DNA of 64,000 nucleotides. It comes from a candidate division FCPU426 bacterium (GTDB lineage Bacteria > Oederibacteriota > Muellerivitia > Muellerivitales > Muellerivitaceae). Below, piece after piece: positions 29,718 to 38,601 of this stretch. The first letter of the stretch is position 1; each line of letters begins with the position of its first letter. The stretch is from contig CAWHOE010000019.1 in the NCBI GenBank assembly GCA_963830915.1, forward strand, positions 53,631 to 117,630, written 5' to 3'. The notes beneath the pieces are model-generated. The model worked only from the letters and a program-made list of their open reading frames with translations, had not been told where the DNA came from and searched no databases. A program made the position numbers and the translations under genes.

Positions 29718-30707
29718 ATGGGTGTGAATATCCAACAGATCGCCGATGAGGCGGGAGTGTCGACAGCGACCGTATCACGGGTTGTGAACGGCCAGAATGT
29801 TCGGCATGAAACCGCCGAAAAGGTTCGGGCGATCATGGAGAAATTGCAGTATCGCCCCCACCGTTTCGCTCGGGGATTGGCTACCCAGGCCACAGGTTTT
29901 CTTGGCGTTGTCTCTCCGCCTTTAGATGATCCTTATGTGGCATCGGTCATCTCCGGTATCGAGGAAGAGGCCAAGCGCCAGGGCAAGCTCATTACCTTGA
30001 GCGTTATCCATAATCCGGGGGTCGATGAAAGGGAAGCGGTCCACACACTCATTAATCCTCCTCTGGCCGAGGGTTTGTTGGTACTCCTTCCCACCCAGGA
30101 TATGGAAAAGCAAATTCGGGAACTGGCCCACAAGAAATACCCCATGGTCATCGTCAGCGAGAAAAGGTTCGAGGAGTTGGCGCCTTCGGTCCTCATCGAC
30201 AACCTCAACGGGGCCAAACAAGCGGTCCAATACTTGGCGGGAAAAGGCCATCAAAGGATAGGTTTCATCACAGGCCGGCCAGAGTTGACAGACTCCGGTG
30301 ACCGGCTGGAAGGATACCGCCAGGCCTTGGTAGAGGCGGGTTTGAAGGTGGATGAAAGCCTCATATTGTCAGGCAATTATGAGCTTTCAGCGGGAGTGTC
30401 GGCGGGCCAACGATTCCTGGAAATGGCCAATCCTCCCACGGCGGTTTTCGCCTCCAACGACCGAATGGCCATAGGCCTATTGAAAGCCCTGCAAGTTGCC
30501 AAAAAAGAGGGGGCGTTCAAGGTCATGGGTTTTGATGATATTCCAATGGGTTCGCTGACTTCGCCAACCCTCACGACCATGGGTTACGACTTGAAGGAGT
30601 TGGGGAAACTGGCCGTCCATAAGTTGACCAGGATCATCCAGGGGGAAGAGAAGAGCAGGTCGACGTTGATGTTGAAAACGCATTTGGTGGTTAGAGATTC
30701 AGCTTAA
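29718..30707 (+). CDS. LacI-family transcriptional regulator
   Basis: NIQQIADEAGVSTATVSRVVN HTH, ARGL hinge, SNDRMAIG, GFDD, PTLTT. Confidence 0.95.
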   Translation: MGVNIQQIADEAGVSTATVSRVVNGQNVRHETAEKVRAIMEKLQYRPHRFARGLATQATGFLGVVSPPLDDPYVASVISGIEEEAKRQGKLITLSVIHNPGVDEREAVHTLINPPLAEGLLVLLPTQDMEKQIRELAHKKYPMVIVSEKRFEELAPSVLIDNLNGAKQAVQYLAGKGHQRIGFITGRPELTDSGDRLEGYRQALVEAGLKVDESLILSGNYELSAGVSAGQRFLEMANPPTAVFASNDRMAIGLLKALQVAKKEGAFKVMGFDDIPMGSLTSPTLTTMGYDLKELGKLAVHKLTRIIQGEEKSRSTLMLKTHLVVRDSA

Positions 30708-30725
30708 GGAAACAACAAAATCTTT

Positions 30726-30894
30726 ACCACAGAGACACAGAGGCACAGTTAAACAAAGATAGGGATTAGGCAAAGGCAAAGGGGAATTAACCACAGAGTC
30801 GCACAGAGTCACACATGCCACATTTCTATAAATCCGTAATGAATGTGGAATGGTCCCACTTTCATTTATTCTTTTTAGAAAAGTGGGACAGAGT
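30726..30894 (+). repeat. CACAGAG-type tandem repeat arms, the second one interrupted
   Basis: ACCACAGAGACACAGAGGCACAG and AACCACAGAGTCGCACAGAGTCACACA|GAGT; the latter is the near reverse complement of 24274-24304. Confidence 0.8.
30816..30888 (+). mobile_element. 73-bp double-hairpin mini-insertion, copy 2
   Basis: Flanked by CA on both sides; removing it restores GAGTCACACAGAGT as seen at 24274-24287 (reverse strand). Confidence 0.7.
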
Positions 30895-30931
30895 AAAACA
30901 AAAATTGTATTTTGAAAAACAGGGAGGGGTT

Positions 30932-32230
30932 ATGAAGAGAATCTTGACCGTTTGGGCACTATTACTTACGGCTTGTCTCAACCTGTCCTGCGTGCCTCGC
31001 AAGGATGTGCTGACCATTCGGGTGGCGGACTTCCTGACCGACCCGGCCCTTATCAAGATATTGAACGCCACCGTCCTGGATATCGAGAACAAGAACCCCG
31101 GGGTCCAGGTGACGCTGGAAACCACACCCTACAACGACTACCAGCAGAAGATCATCACTCAGATAACCGCCGACGCCGCTCCTGACATTCTGTATGTAGA
31201 GGCGAATAATTTCGTCGACCTGTACCTTCGCGACGCGTTGGAAAACCTGACCCCCTACGCCCAGAAAGACCAGGTGGACCTGAAGGTGTATTACCCCTCC
31301 ATCGTCAAACGCTTCAGCCCCAATGGAAAGCTCTTCGCCATTCCCCAGGACATCGCCCCGGCGGGGCTGATGTATTACAACAAGAAGATATTCCAGGAAG
31401 CGGGAGTGCCTTTCCCGACCGGCGACTGGAGCTGGCCCAAGGATTTCCTGGATGTCTGCCAGAAGCTGGTGAAGAAGGACGCCACTGGCAAGGTCGTCCG
31501 CTGGGCCTACGACGAGGCCTATCCCATCAATTTCGAGAATTTTATTTTCAGCAACGGCGGGGACTGGGTGGACAATACGGAACACCCGACCCGTTTCATG
31601 GGTGACAGCCCCCAGGCCCTAGAGGCCGCCCGCTTCCGCTGGGACCTTATCCACACCTATCATGTCGCGCCCAGCGTGACCGAGATGCAGTCCTTCAGCT
31701 TCGGCGGAGGCGTCCAACAGATGTTCGTCAACGGGCAGATCGCCATGATGGCCTCGGGTATCTGGCATGTGCCTCAACTGCTCAAGGCCAAGGACCTGGA
31801 TTTCGACGTGGTGGAATTCCCCAAGGGTCCCAAGGGCCTAAAAGGTTGGTCCTCGGGCGGTTCGGGTTACGCCATTTGCAAGAGCTCCAAACATAAGGAC
31901 TTGGCCTGGCAGATCATCCGGCAGTTGGCCGCTGAGTCGTCCATTTCCGGATTGGCGGCGACCGGCATGATCCAGCCGGCCCTGATCAAAATGGCCAATT
32001 CGGACACCTTCCTGAAATCGCCAGGTCCAGCCAACAAGGGTATATTGTTGAAGATGACAGAATACTCCCACTTCTCGCCCTTCTTTACCAACTGGGGAGA
32101 GATCTATTACGGGGTCCTGGGGCCGGCGCTTGACCCGGTCTGGATGGGAAAGACTACGCCTGAAAAGGTCTTGCCGGGCATTACCAAGAAGATCAACGAG
32201 AAGTATTTTAAGAAAGCCACAAATAATTAA
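30932..32230 (+). CDS. Carbohydrate ABC substrate-binding lipoprotein, paralog of 12407-13702
   Basis: LSC lipobox-like; APDILYVEANNFVDLYLRDALE matches the first SBP; GGAGG RBS. Confidence 0.9.
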   Translation: MKRILTVWALLLTACLNLSCVPRKDVLTIRVADFLTDPALIKILNATVLDIENKNPGVQVTLETTPYNDYQQKIITQITADAAPDILYVEANNFVDLYLRDALENLTPYAQKDQVDLKVYYPSIVKRFSPNGKLFAIPQDIAPAGLMYYNKKIFQEAGVPFPTGDWSWPKDFLDVCQKLVKKDATGKVVRWAYDEAYPINFENFIFSNGGDWVDNTEHPTRFMGDSPQALEAARFRWDLIHTYHVAPSVTEMQSFSFGGGVQQMFVNGQIAMMASGIWHVPQLLKAKDLDFDVVEFPKGPKGLKGWSSGGSGYAICKSSKHKDLAWQIIRQLAAESSISGLAATGMIQPALIKMANSDTFLKSPGPANKGILLKMTEYSHFSPFFTNWGEIYYGVLGPALDPVWMGKTTPEKVLPGITKKINEKYFKKATNN

Positions 32231-32385
32231 CCACCAAGGCACCAAGGGCACCAAGAAAACCTTATTTATTGATGAGGAAAAAACCAAAAAGACTATTTTT
32301 TTGAGATGTTTCAATTTATGAAAAAGATGTAAAACCAAACTTTTTTGTTTTGCCTTTCTTGGTGCTCTTGGTGCCCTTGGTGGTT
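32229..32385. repeat. Inverted pair of CACCAAGG tandem repeats around an AT-rich core
   Basis: Left arm identical to that at 29588; right arm CTTGGTGCTCTTGGTGCCCTTGGTGGTT. Confidence 0.9.
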
Positions 32386-32437
32386 CAAATTGCCTTTAGT
32401 TTGGGTTTTGTTGTGATTCTAAAAATATAAAAGGGAA

Positions 32438-34438
32438 ATGACTATGAAATGGACCTTGGACCAAGAAGGCGGGTGGGGGCTTAACTTCGGCGGCAAAAAA
32501 GCGGCTTGGGCCGGGGAGCCCCTGGAGATGGAAATGGGGGGCAAGGTCTACCGAGCGCCCTGGCAAGGTCTATGGGACGGTCAGTGGCATGGTTTTCTAG
32601 CGGATGATATGAGCCCTTTTTTGCGATGCGATGTTTCTTTCAAGACCAGGTACTTTAAGGGGTTCAAGGTTCTCGAGGAAAAGAGGACCTACAAAGCCCT
32701 GCGAAATCTCCGCAAAACCTTGTTAACGGTTCGGGTTTTCATGGAGCCGGTGAGAAGGATCCAGGACGGGTTCCTGGTCATTCCGGCCCTTTGGTATGGG
32801 GATAACGAAGCTTGGAACAACAAGATCATCTATCCCAAAGGATTGGATAAGGATTGGAGTTTCAAGGCGGATGGGTCCTCATGCCCGGCGGTTGTCTGGA
32901 CCACACCCCGGTCTTCCTACGCCTTAGCGGTGGACCATTCGGTTTACTTCCCGGTCAGGCGTCCCGGGATGGACGACATCCTGGGTATCGGGTTCGCGGA
33001 CATGAAGGCCAATCCCCAGGCGGTCCTGACTTTCCCCGCCCAGGAGATACCCAAGAGCTATCCCTGGGGAAGGAAGTTGAAAGACCCTCTCGAACCCAGG
33101 ATGGATTGGAAGAAGGGACAGGCCCTCACCATTACCCTTTACCACAGTGTGGATAAGGCTGACCTGGCCTATCACACCAAAGTTTGGCGGGCCCACGGCA
33201 TCCGGGTTTCCAAACCCTTTCGTTATAAGACCTCCCAGGAACATCTCAAGAAAACAGCGGGGCTTTTCGCCCATTGCCTCAAGGAAAGCCATTATCGGGA
33301 AGGCCAGGGTTTTTCCCACCGCAACGACATCAGTGAGATCCATACGGGTTGGTGCGGGGGTTTGGCGGCGGCCTACTCCGCCCTGAAGTGGGGCGACCTG
33401 TCGGGTGACATGACCTTGCGCCGGATGGGCGAGACCATGTGCGACTTCATCAGCGCCGAGGGAGTTTCCCCCTCGGGCATTTTCTATTCCGAATACACCA
33501 AGGGTCTGTGGCTTCAAAAGGTTTTTTGGGGCAAGGCCCAGGGCATCCATATGCGCAACCCGTCGGAGGGGGCCTGCTACCTGGCCTTGATCCTCCAACA
33601 TGAGGAAGAGCGGGGACATTTCCATTTCCGTTGGGATGAGGCCTTGCGGAAGAATCTGGACGCCATCCTCAAGATGCAAAGGAAGGACGGCGCCATTCCC
33701 CACGAGATAAACGGCAAGACGGGCAAGGCCCTTTCTTGGGTCGGCGCCACCTCAGGGGCATGGGCGGGGGCCCTGGCCATCTACTCGCGCGTTTGTACGG
33801 ATAAAGCCAAAGGCAAGAAATATCTGGCCGCGGCGAAAAGGGCGGGGGATCATTACCTGAAGAATTACGTGGAACGGGAAAGATATATCGGCGGTCCTTA
33901 CGACACCTACATGGTCCCCAATATGGAGGACCCTTACAACTTGCTCCTGGCATACAGCGAGCTTTATGAGACCACGGGTGAGAAAAAGTGGCTGACGGCG
34001 GCGAAAAAGACCGCCGACCATCTGCTTTCGTGGCGCTATCTGTATGACGTCCGTTTTCCCGATGGGACGGTCTGCCGTCAGCAAAAGGTGAAGACTTTCC
34101 ATATGTCCCCGGCGTCTGTGTCGAACAAGCATATCCAGAACTGGGATACCCTGGCCGATACCTATCTGGAGCGGTTGAGCCGATGGACCAGGGATCCTTT
34201 CTATGCCGACTGCGCCTTGCAACATCTGGAGGCGTCCACCCAACTGGTGCAAAAGGGGCAATTGCCCAAGAAAGTGCCTTATGGTGGACAGTCCGAGCAA
34301 TGGTATGCCACGGACTTCAATTGGTTCGGCGACAGCGGGAACTATTCAAAGGGGAACATGTGGAAGGTTTCGGTGGCGTTGCCCAAGGCGGGTTTTTTGA
34401 TCTCGTTGACGGACCTGCTAACGAAAAAGGCGAATTAA
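32438..34438 (+). CDS. Putative (alpha/alpha)6-barrel glycoside hydrolase-like protein
   Basis: Helical repeats QRKDGA, YLAAAKRAGDHY, ELYETTGEKKWLTAAKKTADHL; sugar operon context. Family not assignable by eye. Confidence 0.55.
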   Translation: MTMKWTLDQEGGWGLNFGGKKAAWAGEPLEMEMGGKVYRAPWQGLWDGQWHGFLADDMSPFLRCDVSFKTRYFKGFKVLEEKRTYKALRNLRKTLLTVRVFMEPVRRIQDGFLVIPALWYGDNEAWNNKIIYPKGLDKDWSFKADGSSCPAVVWTTPRSSYALAVDHSVYFPVRRPGMDDILGIGFADMKANPQAVLTFPAQEIPKSYPWGRKLKDPLEPRMDWKKGQALTITLYHSVDKADLAYHTKVWRAHGIRVSKPFRYKTSQEHLKKTAGLFAHCLKESHYREGQGFSHRNDISEIHTGWCGGLAAAYSALKWGDLSGDMTLRRMGETMCDFISAEGVSPSGIFYSEYTKGLWLQKVFWGKAQGIHMRNPSEGACYLALILQHEEERGHFHFRWDEALRKNLDAILKMQRKDGAIPHEINGKTGKALSWVGATSGAWAGALAIYSRVCTDKAKGKKYLAAAKRAGDHYLKNYVERERYIGGPYDTYMVPNMEDPYNLLLAYSELYETTGEKKWLTAAKKTADHLLSWRYLYDVRFPDGTVCRQQKVKTFHMSPASVSNKHIQNWDTLADTYLERLSRWTRDPFYADCALQHLEASTQLVQKGQLPKKVPYGGQSEQWYATDFNWFGDSGNYSKGNMWKVSVALPKAGFLISLTDLLTKKAN

Positions 34439-34716
34439 CCACAGATTCATGGGATGCACATGGATGAAAATACGGAAATGGATTTAGAAATTTTTTAATT
34501 TACTCAACTTTGGTAAATTTTGAAGTCGTTTTATTTTCCCCCTCTGAAAGAGGGGGACGAAGGGGGAGTTAGTCTTTTCAAACCGCATCGGCAACGCCTA
34601 ATACCCCCCTTCCCCCCTTTTTCAAAGGGGGGATAGTGTTGGCAGCGTACCTTTTAGAATTTGCCAAAGTTGAGTAATTTAAACCCATCGGCGTTTATCG
34701 GTGTTCATCGGTGGTT
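34437..34716. repeat. Nested repeats: outer 10-bp-period inverted arms, inner 25-bp TIR element, innermost C/G-rich hairpins
   Basis: TTACTCAACTTTGGTAAATT (34500) pairs with AATTTGCCAAAGTTGAGTAA (ends 34677); inside are CCCCCTCTGAAAGAGGGGG and CCCCCCTTTTTCAAAGGGGGG. Confidence 0.85.
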
Positions 34717-34737
34717 CCAAAGAAGTAGGAGGATTCA

Positions 34738-36264
34738 ATGAGTTACGTCATCGGCTGTGACATAGGCACATCGGGGACCAAGGCTATCCTGGTCTCGGAG
34801 ACGGGCAAGGTCATCTCGAAAGTCACTGTGGAATATCCCCTCCTCACCCCCCATCCCGGTTGGGCGGAGCAAGACCCGGAATCCTGGGTAAAGGCGGCCT
34901 TTCAGGCCATTTCGGGGGTTGTCACCATAACAAAAGTTAAACCTGAGGACATAAAAGCCCTGGGATTCTCCGGCCAGATGCATTCCTCCGTTTTCCTGGA
35001 TAAGGCTGGAAAAGTGCTTCGTCCGGCGCTTCTTTGGTGCGATACCCGCACCCATGAGCAATGCGTTGAGATCACCCGAATAGTCGGGGAGAAAAACCTG
35101 AAGAGCTGGGTTTCCAATCCTGCCCTGGAAGGATTCACCCTTCCCAAGATCCTCTGGGTCAAAAAAAATGAATCGAAGACCTACGCCAAAATCGCTCAGG
35201 TCTTGATGCCCAAGGATTTCGTCAGGTACCGCCTGACCGGGGAACTGGCCACCGAGGTTTCGGACGCGGCAGGAACCCTATACTTCGACGTCAAGAACCG
35301 CCGATGGTCCAAGGAGATCCTTGCGAAGTTGGGAATACCCATAACTTGGTTCCCCAAAGTGGTGGAATCGCAGGAAGTTTGCGGACATCTGACAACCCAA
35401 GCCGCCAAGGCACTGGGACTGAAAGCCGGTACGCCGGTGGTGGGGGGCGGGGCGGACAATACCTGCGGGGCGGTGGGGAACGGCATCATCAAGACCGGGG
35501 AGGTAATGGCCAGCCTCGGTACCTCGGGCGTCTTTTTCGCCCATTCGGACAAGGTCAAGGTGGATCCGGGGATGAGGGTCCATACCTTCTGTCACAGCGT
35601 ACCGAACAAATGGTATCTCATGGGGGTCATGCTCTCGGCGGGGATGTCCCTGAGATGGTATCGGGACACGTTGGGGCTCACGGAAAAAGAAACAGGGAAG
35701 CGAAATGGCATCGACCCCTATAACATCCTGAGCGCCGAGGCGAAGACGGTGGGCGAAGGAAGTGAAGGGTTACTGTTTCTCCCTTATCTCATGGGCGAAA
35801 GGACCCCGCATAAGGACCCGGACGCCCGAGGAGCTTTCGTGGGCGTCAGCGCCAGGCACGGGCGTGCCCATTTCGCCCGGGCGGTTTTTGAGGGTATCAC
35901 CTTTGGAATGAGAGATTCCCTCTCCATCTTCCGGGAGTTGAAGGTGCCTATTCGGCGGGTGGTGGCGACAGGCGGCGGGGCGGTCAATCCCTTCTGGCGG
36001 CAATTGCAGGCGGATATCTACGGTGAGGAAGTGGTGACGGTCAACAGTCAGGAAGGGCCAGCTTACGGGGCGGCCATTTTGGCTATGGTAGGTATTGGGG
36101 TGTTTCCCTCGGTTGGGGCCGCTTGTTCAAAGTTGATCAAGGTCGCCAGCCGGACTTATCCCCGGAAAACCTCGGTTTCCAGATATAACGAATGGTATGG
36201 GGAGTTCCGGAAGCTCTACCCGGTTTTGAGGGGTTCCTTCAAGTCGATCCAAACTACTATATAG
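34738..36264 (+). CDS. xylB: Xylulokinase (FGGY family)
   Basis: IGCDIGTSGTK, GFSGQMH, ALLWCDTR, SDAAGT, GGGADN, LPYLMGERTPH, TGGGA. Confidence 0.95.
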   Translation: MSYVIGCDIGTSGTKAILVSETGKVISKVTVEYPLLTPHPGWAEQDPESWVKAAFQAISGVVTITKVKPEDIKALGFSGQMHSSVFLDKAGKVLRPALLWCDTRTHEQCVEITRIVGEKNLKSWVSNPALEGFTLPKILWVKKNESKTYAKIAQVLMPKDFVRYRLTGELATEVSDAAGTLYFDVKNRRWSKEILAKLGIPITWFPKVVESQEVCGHLTTQAAKALGLKAGTPVVGGGADNTCGAVGNGIIKTGEVMASLGTSGVFFAHSDKVKVDPGMRVHTFCHSVPNKWYLMGVMLSAGMSLRWYRDTLGLTEKETGKRNGIDPYNILSAEAKTVGEGSEGLLFLPYLMGERTPHKDPDARGAFVGVSARHGRAHFARAVFEGITFGMRDSLSIFRELKVPIRRVVATGGGAVNPFWRQLQADIYGEEVVTVNSQEGPAYGAAILAMVGIGVFPSVGAACSKLIKVASRTYPRKTSVSRYNEWYGEFRKLYPVLRGSFKSIQTTI

Positions 36265-36310
36265 AGGCTGGGTAAACTGGGGCCTGAGGGTTAAACCTAG
36301 AAGGAGCTGT

Positions 36311-36619
36311 ATGAAAAGGCTGGATCAGTCCGGGCAGGCTTTGATCATCTGGGCTATTTTATTGGTTTTGGTGGCTGGGGTTGCCTATTGGGCCTATCAA
36401 GTCGGGTCTTCCGATAAATCCGTCGCCAGCGCGCCAGTCACGGTATGGATGGTTCCCAGTCCCAACCCGCCCAAGCCTACCCCAACCCCCAAGCAAGTCT
36501 GGTCCAAGGCCTGGCCTCAAGGTACCCAAACGCCCCATCCCAAACCGGGCACCAAGCCCAAGCCTAAGCCGCGACCCAAACCCACGCCGACTCCCATATT
36601 CCGTTCTTTCAACCATTAA
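36311..36619 (+). CDS. Small membrane-anchored Pro/Thr/Lys-rich protein with TadE/prepilin-like N-terminus
   Basis: AAGGAG RBS; MKRLDQSG|QALIIWAILL... followed by a PT/PK-rich tail. Confidence 0.6.
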   Translation: MKRLDQSGQALIIWAILLVLVAGVAYWAYQVGSSDKSVASAPVTVWMVPSPNPPKPTPTPKQVWSKAWPQGTQTPHPKPGTKPKPKPRPKPTPTPIFRSFNH

Positions 36620-36865
36620 GAGATTCCGTCCCGCTTGGGAGAGGTCCGGAGGCCTAGCCAGCCAAGTCGTCCTTTCTAAAAGTAACCACTTAGTTACCTT
36701 TTACAACCCGAATTCCCTTTATTCTGGCGCATGCTTTAGGGTATCTTTTTATCGTTCTCTAGACGATCTCACGGGATTTTGTAAACACCTCATTCCACAT
36801 CCGCCGGCCGACTCGAAGATCCCAAGGGGACATATCAAAAACCGTTTCAATTCAGCCAGGGAGGT

Positions 36866-38154
36866 ATGAAGATGCCCGATAAAGCGAAACTCATCATCGA
36901 GGGGAAGACATACGAATATCCCGTGATCGTCGGGACCGAAGGGGAGAAGGCCATCGACATCTCCAGTCTTCGGGCTGACTCCGGCTACATCACCATGGAC
37001 AACAGTTTCGGCAATACCGGTTCCTGCGAGAGCAGTATCACCTTCATCGACGGGGACAAGGGTATCCTTCGCTACCGGGGCATTCCCATCGAGGAACTGG
37101 CCGCCAAGTCCTTCTTCACCGAGACGGCCTACCTGGTCATGTACGGAAGCCTACCCACCAAGGACCAACTCCACTCGTTCTCCGAGCGGTTGAACAAATC
37201 CTCACTCATCCACGAGGATATGCTGCACTTCTTCACGGGCTATCCCAAGGGCGCCCATCCCATGGCCATCCTGACCAGCGTGGTGGCGTCCCTCTCGGCT
37301 TTCTACCCGGTCAAGGACAACCTGGACCCGGCGGCGGAAGAGGTCATCATCGCAAACCTGATGTCCCAGATACGCACCATCGCGGCCTTCTCCTATAAGA
37401 AGTCCATCGGCGAGCCGATCGTTTACCCGTCCAACAAGCTGAAGTTCGTCGAGAACTTCCTGACCATGATGTTCGCCTCGCCGGTGAGGGATTACAACCT
37501 CGATCCGGACATGGTGAAGGCCCTGGACCTGTTCTTCCTGTTGAGCGCCGACCACGAGCAGAATTGCAGTACCTCGACGGTGCGCATGGCGGGTTCCAGC
37601 CTGGCCAATATCTACGCGGTCATCGGGGCGGGCGTCAGCGCCCTGTGGGGACGACTGCACGGCGGGGCCAACCAGGAAGTCATCGAGATGCTGGAACATG
37701 CTCCGGGACACCAAGACCACGCCGGAGAAATTCATGGAGGACATGAAGAACAACAAGGGCAAGTTCATGGGCTTCGGGCACCGTGTCTACAAGAACTTCG
37801 ACCCCGAGGCCGCCAAGTCATCAAGAGACTCTGCCACAAGCTCTTGAAAAAGCCGGGCATGACCGACCCGACCTTCGACATCGCCCTTGAAGCTGGAGGA
37901 CTATCGCCATGCAGGACGATTATTTCCTCAGCCGCAAACTCTATCCCAATGTGGATTTCTATTCGGGACTGATCCTGCGGGCGGCGGGTTTTCCCGTGAA
38001 CATGTTCACGGTCCTTTTCGCCATCGGGCGGGTGCCGGGATGGCTGGCCCATTGGAGCGAGATGCGGCATGACAAGGAGACCCGTATCGCCCGACCCCGG
38101 CAGGTCTACCAGGGCCCGGTGAACAAGACCTACGTCCCCATCCAGGACAGGTAA
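36866..38154 (+). CDS. gltA: Citrate synthase; several indels between about 37695 and 37905
   Basis: [35 protein letters not shown] and [10 protein letters not shown]...IARPRQ appear in shifted frames. Confidence 0.93.
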
Positions 38155-38161
38155 CAGAAGG

Positions 38162-38197
38162 AAAAAGGCCTTCCCGAAAGGGAAGGCCTTTTTTTTT
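38162..38197 (+). terminator. Rho-independent terminator, potentially bidirectional
   Basis: AAAAAGGCCTTCCC-GAAA-GGGAAGGCCTTTTTTTTT. Confidence 0.88.
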
Positions 38198-38289
38198 GTA
38201 ACATCCATCCTTTAACCCGGGCTTTCGGGTCCTTCCTTTACGAAATCCATCCGCAAAAAACCAAACAGGAAAAGTGCATATTTATACAT

Positions 38290-38510
38290 AAAGTGCATCT
38301 TACTGATGGTGGTTCCCCCTTTGAAAAAGGGGGCAGGGGGTATTAGTCTTTATTCGGAGCAGTTTTGCAAGACTAACTTCCCCTTGTTCCCCCTCTTTCA
38401 TGCTGTTCCTCATATGAAATTAAAATAATGAGAACAGTATAGTGCTTTAGCACAGAGGGGGAGATGTTGCGACCAGTGAATTGGAAAAATTCTAACTTAA
38501 GGTGCGCTTT
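38290..38510. repeat. C/G-rich multi-hairpin repeat (reverse homolog of 34537-34633) inside a 13-bp inverted repeat
   Basis: CCCCCTTTGAAAAAGGGGG...AAGACTAACTTCCCCTT; flanked by AAAGTGCATCTTA and TAAGGTGCGCTTT. Confidence 0.8.
38401..38452 (+). mobile_element. 52-bp double-hairpin mini-insertion, copy 3
   Basis: CTCTTTCA|insert|CAGAGGGGG; the uninterrupted target CCCCCTCTTTCAGAGGGGG is the reverse complement of 34538-34556. Confidence 0.7.
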
Positions 38511-38601
38511 GCGGCTAAGCATAAAAAAGCGTGCGTTCTTGGCTTGATATTGTTTGATTTGTAAGGTTATGGGGCTTTTTTACGACGTATGAATAGGGAG
38601 G

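Noticed and set aside
24274..30894. Composite transposon or inversion bounded by the two CACAGAG arms
   Set aside because: The arms belong to a dispersed family, no transposase or target duplication is seen, and xylA-lacI keep the orientation of the flanking xyl genes.
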